Shown in pieces: positions 7,565 through 14,523 of a DNA stretch of 21,119 nt (its first letter is position 1; the number at the start of each line of letters is the position of its first letter). The DNA comes from Truepera sp. (GTDB taxonomy: Bacteria; Deinococcota; Deinococci; Deinococcales; Trueperaceae). A model generated the notes under the pieces. It saw nothing but the letters and a program-made list of their open reading frames with translations. It had not been told where the DNA came from and did no database searches. Made by a program: the position numbers and the translations under genes. Location: assembly GCA_965218435.1 (NCBI GenBank), contig CBDCKW010000006.1, positions 1 to 21,119 on the forward strand, read 5' to 3'.

Positions 7565-7687
7565 TTTAACGCAACGGTCTTTTCACGCAATGCTGCTGCG
7601 TCATTGCGTGAAATCGCGTTTTCGCGTCCCTCACGGGTTTGATTTAACGCAATGGGTTTTTGCGTTAAATCAACAGGTTGCGTTGAT
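7565..7687. repeat. Iteron cluster 1 (intergenic), candidate origin
   Basis: TTTnACGCAA/TTGCGTnAAA boxes at 7565, 7581, 7604, 7643, 7660 and 7678 in both orientations; 7604-7672 is identical to 8079-8147. Confidence 0.8.
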
Positions 7688-7690
7688 CAC

Positions 7691-9478
7691 CTAGTTAGGT
7701 TGTCCGCGCCTAGTGACGACCTCCTCGGCAGCCTCGGCCCAGGCGAACAGATCGGTGCTACCCATAGCGGTGAGTTCGCGGACCGCGCCGTACAGGGTTA
7801 GCGCCTCGACCCGTAAAGCGTTAGGGTCAGCGTCGTCGGGTTTTAGGCGTAGCTCAGCGCAATCTCCCGTGCTGCACGCCTTGAGGTACGCGGTGCGGGC
7901 CTCTTGACGTGCAGCTAAGGGGTCGCTGAAGCGTCTGCCGGAGCTAGACGCGCGTAACAGCGCCCCACGCAAATACTCGAGCCGGGACGCGCCGGGGGTA
8001 TAGGGGTGTTCAGCTTCGGTCGGCCAAAAGGGATTTTTATTTAACGCAATGAGGTTTTCACGTAATGGTGTTGCGTCGTTGCGTGAAATCGCGTTTTCGC
8101 GTCCCTCACGGGTTTGATTTAACGCAATGGGTTTTTGCGTTAAATCAGCGGGTTGCGTTGAATCCGGCTGCGTCAAATCGTCTTTTTGCGTCTGTGACGA
8201 ATTTTGATTTAACGCAACGTCGTTTTGCGTTAAATCGTCGGGGTCGCCTCCGGCGTTGCCGTCGTCCTCACCCATGCTGCGCCATTTGTAGCCTTTAGGG
8301 TTGCCGCGTCCGCCCAAGCTACGCTCGATAACCTGCGGGTGGTCGTGAACTTCGTCGTTCAAAACCTGCTCAATCGTGCGTCGTGCAACGTTTGCAATCG
8401 TGGCAACCTTTTCAATAAGGGTGGTGCGAGCGATCCCGTCCTCCCCCGCTGTTTGAATGAACGTAAGAGCGGCCTCATATGCCTGCGTTGACTTCGGCGC
8501 ACGGTCGCGTTCGGGGAGGTCACGGACTGTCAGCTTTGCCGTGGTAGCGGTCTGCTCACGGTCAATGGCAAACGACTTTTGTGGTGGCGCACCGTTGATT
8601 TTGAAGAAATCCCACCGTAGGACGTCTTCACCGCCGACCTCGGACGGCTCAACCCGGCTGACGATATGCCCGGAGCGCACCTGTCCGTTTTTCTGCTGCG
8701 AACCCGACACGCCGCGCCGTTTGCTCTGCATGACCACCTCTTTAGGGGTGTGGTCAATCAGCACCATGCACGCGCCGGGGGACTTGATACGGAGCTGCCG
8801 CAAAACCTCGTGCATACGCACGATGTCGGGGCCTTTGTTACCGTCTAATGACGGAAAACTCGAGCTGAACGAATCAATAATGATGAGCTGCGGTTTGATG
8901 GCGGCAATCTGAAACGCCAGCTCGCTATATACGTCGGCGTCCAAAATACCGTTAAGGGGTTTTGCCTCGTCGGGTCGGGGCTCCCAGTAGTACATGGGTA
9001 AATCTCCGAAGTTAGGGTAGCCACGAGCGTTTGCTGTGCGCTCAGCGTACTGCCGGGGCAAGCTTTCGGTATCGTCAAAATTAACGACAAGCACCGGCCC
9101 CTGCTTCGTTTTTCGCCCCAAAAACTGCATACCGGTAGCGACGCTGACGGCCAGGTCGCACATGATCCACGATTTGCCGACCCCCGGCTCCCCGGCGATG
9201 TAATTCGGCGCGTCCGCCTGCAACATGTTGTGAACAGTCCACTCAACCGGTGCAGGTCGTTTCGTGGTGCCCCACTTAGAGAGTGCTGTAAATGTACTTT
9301 GCGTGAAATCATTTGCGTCTGTGACAGGTTTTTTGCTATTTGACGCAAAGTTATCGGTATTTGACGCAAACCCACTTTGCGTGAAATCATTATCGTCTAC
9401 CACAGTGTTTTTACTATTTGACGCAAAGTCACTCATATCCTCAGCCTCCTGTTTTTTGTACTCGTTTGCTCCTTTCAC
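7691..9478 (-). CDS. AAA_25 / RecA-DnaB (SF4, RSF1010 RepA-like) replicative helicase with a wHTH-like region and C-terminal extension
   Basis: Walker A GEPGVGKS, Walker B LIIIDSF, LIDHTPK...SGS motif; GTGA-coupled to the primase. Confidence 0.85.
   Translation of the reverse strand: MKGANEYKKQEAEDMSDFASNSKNTVVDDNDFTQSGFASNTDNFASNSKKPVTDANDFTQSTFTALSKWGTTKRPAPVEWTVHNMLQADAPNYIAGEPGVGKSWIMCDLAVSVATGMQFLGRKTKQGPVLVVNFDDTESLPRQYAERTANARGYPNFGDLPMYYWEPRPDEAKPLNGILDADVYSELAFQIAAIKPQLIIIDSFSSSFPSLDGNKGPDIVRMHEVLRQLRIKSPGACMVLIDHTPKEVVMQSKRRGVSGSQQKNGQVRSGHIVSRVEPSEVGGEDVLRWDFFKINGAPPQKSFAIDREQTATTAKLTVRDLPERDRAPKSTQAYEAALTFIQTAGEDGIARTTLIEKVATIANVARRTIEQVLNDEVHDHPQVIERSLGGRGNPKGYKWRSMGEDDGNAGGDPDDLTQNDVALNQNSSQTQKDDLTQPDSTQPADLTQKPIALNQTREGRENAISRNDATPLRENLIALNKNPFWPTEAEHPYTPGASRLEYLRGALLRASSSGRRFSDPLAARQEARTAYLKACSTGDCAELRLKPDDADPNALRVEALTLYGAVRELTAMGSTDLFAWAEAAEEVVTRRGQPN
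8040..8234. repeat. Iteron cluster 2 (inside the helicase CDS)
   Basis: Boxes at 8040, 8056, 8079, 8118, 8135, 8153, 8168, 8208 and 8225; they encode DLTQ/ALNQ peptide repeats. Confidence 0.8.
9296..9428. repeat. Iteron cluster 3 (helicase 5' end)
   Basis: TTGCGTGAAA at 9299 and 9377; TTTGACGCAA at 9339, 9360 and 9417; 78-bp-offset duplication encoding FASN/DFTQ repeats. Confidence 0.75.
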
Positions 9479-10512
9479 GACAGCCTCCCGGTCAACTCGT
9501 TGCGGCCTAGTTTGCCTGCAACGTCACAGGCGTCCATATCCCACGGCTCGAGTAGGTAGACCTCCGCCGCGCCTGCGTCGGTAGCCTCCTGCGCCCACTG
9601 TGCGCGGGCCTCCTGTCCTGTAGCGTCACTGTCGCCGTAAACGTACACGGTTTTGCCTGCAAGAGGTTCGGCGTAGATCGCACCTTTACCTCCGGCCACA
9701 CCCATAACCCCGAGGTCGGGGCGTGCTAGGTAGCACGCCATACCGTTCAGCTCGCCTTCGACGACGAGCACTTCGTCAGCGTCTAAAAAACCGGGGCTGC
9801 ACCATGCCGGGGTGCCGTGGCCGGGAGTCTCATAGACATAGCGCGTGGTGCCGCGCACCTCGGCGTAGCGGCGTTTGAGCGCGAACACAGCCCCGGTCGG
9901 GCCGGTGATCGGCATAATAGCGTCGTCGCCGCTGGCGGCAATCCCGAGACGCCGGAGATCGCGCACGGTAAACCCGCGTCCGCTGAGTGCTTTAGGGCCT
10001 TTCTTGAGCCGCTCAGCGCGGCGGCGGTGCAGCTCGAGCGTTCCGGCCTCGACGACTGTGAAGGCGCTTTTTACACGCTCAGGTCGTGCTGCAACGCGCG
10101 GCGTTGCGGTCACTAGGTAGCTGCCGCCTACACGCTGCACGAGCTGCTCGAGCTGCTCGAGCGCCGCCTTAAACTCGAGTCCCTGCGTCTCCATGACAAA
10201 TGTAAACAGGTCTCCTCGAGCCCCGCAACCGAAACAGCAGTACAGTCCTTTGTCGGTCGAAACGAAGAATGACGGCGTTTTTTCAGAGTGAAACGGGCAC
10301 AAACCTTTAAGTCGGTTTTGTCCGGCGGGTTTTAAGGTGACCGTCTCGGCTACGACGTCCTCGAGGGGCAGCTGCGCCTTGATTTTTTCGGCGGCGTCTT
10401 GTGTGTAGCGCGGTTTAGGGGACTCGAGCCACCCACCCCCTTTTCTAGCTACGTCGGGCGCTATAATATGGGGGTTATGGTCGTTGTGGGTGTGCTGAGC
10501 GGGCGCACCCAT
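9475..10512 (-). CDS. DnaG-type primase: CHC2 zinc finger plus Toprim domain
   Basis: CPFHSEKTPSF...CFGCG zinc finger; VLVVEGE and VYVYGDSD (DxD) Toprim motifs. Confidence 0.9.
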   Translation of the reverse strand: MGAPAQHTHNDHNPHIIAPDVARKGGGWLESPKPRYTQDAAEKIKAQLPLEDVVAETVTLKPAGQNRLKGLCPFHSEKTPSFFVSTDKGLYCCFGCGARGDLFTFVMETQGLEFKAALEQLEQLVQRVGGSYLVTATPRVAARPERVKSAFTVVEAGTLELHRRRAERLKKGPKALSGRGFTVRDLRRLGIAASGDDAIMPITGPTGAVFALKRRYAEVRGTTRYVYETPGHGTPAWCSPGFLDADEVLVVEGELNGMACYLARPDLGVMGVAGGKGAIYAEPLAGKTVYVYGDSDATGQEARAQWAQEATDAGAAEVYLLEPWDMDACDVAGKLGRNELTGRLS

Positions 10513-10701
10513 TTATTTTTGCTCTTCGGTCGGCTGTACCGGTTGCATGAGCGTCTCGAGGTCATCCTCATGCAAGTACCATTTGCCTCGAGGCCCGCCC
10601 GGTTGACACGCTTTTATGCGTCTGCGCCGGATCATCCAGTGCAGCTGCCGTGCACTGAGCCCGGTGTTTTGCTCCGCTTGTTTCAAGTCTATTAACGCCA
10701 T
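10513..10701 (-). CDS. Small Xis/AlpA-like HTH DNA-binding protein (62 aa)
   Basis: LIDLKQAEQNTGLSARQLHWMIRRRRIKA..PGG.RGKWYL..DDL fits the HTH_17 pattern; AGAAAGGG RBS; its stop abuts the primase ATG. Confidence 0.8.
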   Translation of the reverse strand: MALIDLKQAEQNTGLSARQLHWMIRRRRIKACQPGGPRGKWYLHEDDLETLMQPVQPTEEQK

Positions 10702-10770
10702 TTTTGCCCTTTCTGTCGGCAAAAACGGTCGTGAACTACACCACAAATAGCGCCACAAACTACCCGAAAA

Positions 10771-10800
10771 TGGACAAGTTTATGGGTGAGCTGCTATAGT
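10771..10800 (+). promoter_or_regulatory. sigma70-type promoter antisense to the rep operon leader
   Basis: TGGACA-18bp-TATAGT with an extended -10 TG; ACAAnnTTATGGGTG direct repeats at 10774 and 10805. Confidence 0.55.
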
Positions 10801-10806
10801 TAATAC

Positions 10807-10895
10807 AAACTTATGGGTGGTCTTCACGACCGCCTTTCCGATAAGAGCGAGCTTTTAGATTGTGACCCTAGCAGCGCGCTCTTTTCATTTGTTTT
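10807..10895 (+). ncRNA. Candidate antisense copy-number control RNA (~85 nt)
   Basis: Promoter, then hairpin GGTGGTC/GACCGCC, then terminator-like stem AAGAGCGAGCT (10843-10853)/AGCGCGCTCTT (10873-10883) with a T-rich tail. Confidence 0.45.
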
Positions 10896-10919
10896 CTCAG
10901 CCATCTGCCGAGTTATTGC

Positions 10920-10948
10920 ATTGTAAAACACTATCTGGGGGGACACAA
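10920..10948 (-). promoter_or_regulatory. Putative promoter of the HTH-primase-helicase operon
   Basis: Minus strand TTGTGT-17bp-TACAAT. Confidence 0.5.
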
Positions 10949-11164
10949 CCGAGTTTCGTAAAACTCCCCCATTTGGGCTTTGTCGCGTCACCGACGCTCA
11001 AAATCACCTTTTTCAAGACTTACCGCAAAAACACCCGTCCGCTAATGCACGTTATCGGACGGGTCTACACCACCGCGCACGCGGGTCTCGAGGGTGAGCA
11101 CTGGGTGGGGCTCGAGCCTTTTGATAAGGGTGACCTCGAGATAAAAGAGGTCGCGTGAAAGCTC

Positions 11165-11935
11165 TCAAAACACGTCCTCAACACTGTCAAAAGGATTTTG
11201 CTGTGCGGGGTCTCGGTAGGCAAAGAGCTTTGAGGGCATCAAGTGAAAAACGTCGGTTGCGTCCTCAATCAACCGCTCAACCTCATCGCCCGAAAGTTCT
11301 TTGTGTCCTAACAGTGCTATGGCTACGGCTTCGACGGCCATGCGATACTTAACGACAAGCTCTCTCGCTTCTTCAAGCAGCTCAATGTGTAACGTTTCCT
11401 GAAGCTCAGGGACGGTCAAGTACGACGCGATCTCAGTTGCGAACTGAACATCATTGTAGCCTTGGTAGTTTTTCCACGAAGGAGGACAAAAGAGCTGTTG
11501 AGCAGCTCGTCCCGCGTAACTGAGGACAATATCGTTTCGGATCGCTTCTTCGACTTCGGGTGCATCATCGAAGTCGAGGTTCATAGCTGTAATTGGGGAG
11601 TCATAAGTCACAACGCCGCCGAACGTCCCGCCTGGGACGATAGAAGCCTCTGTAATAGGGTATTTGAAGTGCCACGCAGCTACCGCGTGCCCTGCCTCGT
11701 GATAAGCCACAAAGGTTTTAGGTTTCGCTACTCTGACTTTACGCTTGACCTCGCGCATGGTATTGATATTGATTTCGTAGAGTCCGTCGGGGTCTTCATC
11801 TCGTAATTCTTGTAGCCACCGGTGCCCCTCGGTATGTGCTTCAGCCTCAGTAGCTACGTCTCGGTGCTCTCGTAACGTTTTCCATGCAGTGCCGTCATAG
11901 CGGTGAGCCACAAGACGGTAAAACAAGACGGTCAT
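11165..11935 (-). CDS. Stand-alone M41 (FtsH protease domain-like) zinc metallopeptidase with an unknown ~70-aa N-terminal domain
   Basis: AYHEAGHAV (HExxH), SIVPGG..GG, YAGRAAQQLF, GYND (third-ligand Asp) and VAIALL.HKELSGDEV all parallel the FtsH C-terminal domain; no AAA or TM region. Confidence 0.82.
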   Translation of the reverse strand: MTVLFYRLVAHRYDGTAWKTLREHRDVATEAEAHTEGHRWLQELRDEDPDGLYEININTMREVKRKVRVAKPKTFVAYHEAGHAVAAWHFKYPITEASIVPGGTFGGVVTYDSPITAMNLDFDDAPEVEEAIRNDIVLSYAGRAAQQLFCPPSWKNYQGYNDVQFATEIASYLTVPELQETLHIELLEEARELVVKYRMAVEAVAIALLGHKELSGDEVERLIEDATDVFHLMPSKLFAYRDPAQQNPFDSVEDVF

Positions 11936-12312
11936 GACGCACCCTCAAACCCAAACATGCGCTCGAGCCCCGTCTTGATCGGGTTGTACTCGTCGTCTGA
12001 GAGCGTCCCTAAGCGCCTGACAATGCGCGTCGCGTCGATACCACGAGCGTGTTCAAGCAACACCGCCGAATCCTGCGTTAGCCCACCAACGCCCTTCTTA
12101 AGCAGCGGGTACAAGCTAGAGTCCACTCGTCGCCACGCAAAGTGCTGTGAAGTGAGCGGTGCGGCAAACACCACGGCATAGCGCGGCGTCCCGATCCGTG
12201 AAGGGTCTCCGACAACTAAGACGGGCCTTAAACCCTGCTGCTCATGCCCTGGTGGTACATAGACGGGCAGACGAGCGACGAGTACGTCGCCTATTTGCGG
12301 TGCGTCACTCAC
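11932..12312 (-). CDS. mazF: Type II toxin, PemK/MazF family endoribonuclease
   Basis: GDV....P...GHEQQGLRPVLVV...APLTS...GL..DS..L.EH.R.ID..RI...LG; GGAGG RBS. Confidence 0.92.
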   Translation of the reverse strand: MSDAPQIGDVLVARLPVYVPPGHEQQGLRPVLVVGDPSRIGTPRYAVVFAAPLTSQHFAWRRVDSSLYPLLKKGVGGLTQDSAVLLEHARGIDATRIVRRLGTLSDDEYNPIKTGLERMFGFEGAS

Positions 12313-12682
12313 CTGACCTCCACCCGTCTTTTGAGTTGTACCGTATAGCCTCGCCGACAGTCTCCGGGTTCACATCGCCCCATTCATAAGGCTCGATTGG
12401 TTGCGTTAGCTCCGCGTCGTGCCATGCCCGCGTTTCGGCATCCATCTCCTCAACTGGTTCGGGGTCGGGTTCACGCTCGAGCACGTCAGTCAAAGACGCA
12501 GGTGTGCCGGTGAGACGCTCGAGCCCCGCTAGCACCTTGTCGAGCACCTCGAGGCTCACCCGCTCGTGGTCACCCCGTGCAAGCGCGTACACCGTTGTAG
12601 GGCTGACTTTGGCCGTTTGGACAAGTTTGTAGGCGCTGAGATCATGTGTTTCTAAGTAATTTTTTAGCGTCCATTTAATCAT
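12305..12682 (-). CDS. Cro/C1 (HTH_26/XRE-like) regulator fused to an acidic tail; probable antitoxin
   Basis: LKNYLETHDLSAYKLVQTAKVSPTTVYALARG...SLEVLDKV HTH; acidic Trp/Pro C-terminus; overlaps the toxin start; TATTAT-5nt-ATG at 12682. Confidence 0.8.
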   Translation of the reverse strand: MIKWTLKNYLETHDLSAYKLVQTAKVSPTTVYALARGDHERVSLEVLDKVLAGLERLTGTPASLTDVLEREPDPEPVEEMDAETRAWHDAELTQPIEPYEWGDVNPETVGEAIRYNSKDGWRSGE

Positions 12683-12713
12683 GCCTGATAATAGCACATA
12701 TGACGCTTTAAGA

Positions 12714-12742
12714 TTGACATACTAATACATATCTGATAGTAT
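12714..12742 (+). promoter_or_regulatory. Near-consensus sigma70 promoter, divergent from the TA operon
   Basis: TTGACA (12714-12719), 17 bp, TAGTAT (12737-12742) with extended -10 TG; 5' hairpin AGCTAAGGGT/ACCCTTAGCT at 12749-12787. Confidence 0.75.
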
Positions 12743-12803
12743 AGAGACAGCTAAGGGTTACGCCTACGAAACGATTCACCCTTAGCTAGAAACGGAGTTC
12801 CAC

Positions 12804-13094
12804 ATGGACAATACCACCCCAAAACAAACCAAACTCTTAGGCGCAACCGTGCGCGGGCTCGGCTTGGTGGTCGCAGTCTCGAGCACCCTGACTTATGGGT
12901 ACGCCGTCGTCGAGAGCGCCGACAAGGTAAACCACCGGGTCGCCTTCGCTGACCTCACTAGGGACGAAGTTGTTTTCCCGGCAGTAGTACAGCCCTATGA
13001 AACGCATACCGAGCGGGTCGCCTACGGTGTCTGGGACGAGGTACACAGCCTCGTCCCAGCGTCGGCAGTAGTTGACCTGGGGGTGGCGGCATGA
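12804..13094 (+). CDS. Hypothetical protein (96 aa)
   Basis: GGAG RBS and a strong promoter upstream; ATGA-coupled to the next ORF. Confidence 0.7.
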   Translation: MDNTTPKQTKLLGATVRGLGLVVAVSSTLTYGYAVVESADKVNHRVAFADLTRDEVVFPAVVQPYETHTERVAYGVWDEVHSLVPASAVVDLGVAA

Positions 13095-13402
13095 CCGCCC
13101 CTTTAAGGGCCTCGAGCCCCGACAAAGAGGTAAGATCGGACATGAATAAAACTTCTTTTGAAGTCGTTGAGCAGTTAGGTGCGCCTGTGTTTGAGTTGTG
13201 TGACCGCTACGGCGACGACAGCCTCTCACTCGGTGTGGACTTCGATCAGCAGTGCTACGAGGCGGTGTTCGCCGTGATTGACGGCAAAGCTTTCGAGCAG
13301 GTCAGGGCCTGCGTGGACCTACCGGCGACGCACCCGGCCTCGGACCACATTGACGCGGCGCTGGCGGCGGTGTATTACAGTGGCCGGGGCGGGATCGCCT
13401 AA
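13091..13402 (+). CDS. Hypothetical protein (copy of 110-421)
   Basis: Identical translation, offset 12981. Confidence 0.65.
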   Translation: MTAPLRASSPDKEVRSDMNKTSFEVVEQLGAPVFELCDRYGDDSLSLGVDFDQQCYEAVFAVIDGKAFEQVRACVDLPATHPASDHIDAALAAVYYSGRGGIA

Positions 13403-13768
13403 CACACCACTTTCAAGCTCGAGTGCCGCCTCTTCGGGGCGGCTTTTTCGTTGTTGTAGTGGCGGCACTCGAGCCGTCCGAACGATTGAGCCGGATAGTC
13501 ATATATCGTTCGTGTGGCTGAAAAGGGGTACGATTGAAAATGCGTCCCTCACGCGATCGGTCTCGAGCCACCCGTACTACGCCGGAGGTCGGCACTCCCG
13601 GTGAGTAACGGCTGCAGTGGTAAGTCATGAGCCGTCCACGTGGCTGAAAAGGGGTACGGGTGGCCTACAGCAAAAAAGCCGCGCTTACCGGACGCGACCT
13701 TTTTGCATATGCTGTCCCTGCGGAGGTCAGACCTCATGATCGTAGCGGGGCTCGAGGGGACATTTCTG

Positions 13769-14350
13769 CTATTCACCTCCTTGATTTTCAAGATCGCCCT
13801 GATCTTCTACCGAGCTAACCTCATTTTCTATAGCCCTGACCTGAATGAAGTCAGGGGTTATAAAATCGACGAGAGGGCCGAGTCTGTGCTCTATTAGTGT
13901 TTTCATGGTGTTGACCATCTCGTGCAAAGGGCGGTAATAAGTTACGCGATTTTCGCCATGCGACTCAAAAAAATACCTAAACTCGGTGAACCTATTGCTT
14001 GACGTCTCGAGTGCCCTCATAAACTCCTCTTTTGTATAATTTGTTACTGGCAGTGTGGCAAGTTCTAAGATTTCGTCCTGAGTCTGTTTAAGCAAGCCGT
14101 CAAAAAGCTTTTTGAGGTTGTGGATTTTTGTAGGGGTTTCTCCATTGTCCATTTGGTGCAGCACCTTGAGGTACAGCTCAGCAGTAAGAGCCTCAATTGT
14201 CACGTATGGGATCATGCGTGTATCGTCTATTTTGCCATTTTCTCGGTAAACCGCTCTGTAGAGTGATACGGTGGCCGCATAAAACGACTGAGCCGTATAA
14301 AGCATTTCAAGTCTCTGATCAGAGAAGTCTTTTTTCTCACTCTTTGCCAT
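13769..14350 (-). CDS. HEPN domain protein (copy of 788-1369)
   Basis: Identical translation. Confidence 0.7.
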   Translation of the reverse strand: MAKSEKKDFSDQRLEMLYTAQSFYAATVSLYRAVYRENGKIDDTRMIPYVTIEALTAELYLKVLHQMDNGETPTKIHNLKKLFDGLLKQTQDEILELATLPVTNYTKEEFMRALETSSNRFTEFRYFFESHGENRVTYYRPLHEMVNTMKTLIEHRLGPLVDFITPDFIQVRAIENEVSSVEDQGDLENQGGE

Positions 14351-14523
14351 AGTTGATTATCAATAAAACACACCACGTAATGATATGAACAGAGACAATC
14401 ATGTCCCGAAAACCACCGATAACGAGGCGACTCGAGCAGAACCCACAGTCATAAGCACCTATATAAACGACACAAACCCTATCATAATGGGTGTTATAAC
14501 AAGGCTTGTGTTACTATTTGTAC

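Larger units (their letters stand above)
1..12981. mobile_element. One complete 12,981-bp unit of a small circular replicon (plasmid or satellite-like element)
   Basis: Sequence at 12982 restarts position 1 (cagtagtacagccc...). The unit holds primase, helicase, iterons, a tyrosine recombinase with its site and a TA module, and no housekeeping genes. Confidence 0.85.

Noticed and set aside
7565..8234. CRISPR array
   Set aside because: Boxes are about 10 bp, in both orientations, irregularly spaced and partly inside a CDS; this is iteron-like.
8065..10120. Alternate-frame and antisense ORFs within the helicase and primase genes
   Set aside because: Shadow ORFs expected in GC-rich coding DNA.
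11165..11935. Calling the gene ftsH or a pseudogene fragment of it
   Set aside because: It has no AAA or TM domains, but the ORF is intact, coupled to mazF and has its own N-terminal domain.
10862..12389. Plus-strand ORFs 10862-11158, 11155-11352, 11462-11806, 11903-12181 and 12159-12389
   Set aside because: Antisense to the TA-peptidase operon or running through regulatory DNA; no protein-like signature.
1..12981. Complete prophage, or a synthetic construct suggested by the many XhoI sites
   Set aside because: No recognisable structural or lysis genes and no vector parts or markers; the sites are embedded naturally in codons and hairpins.
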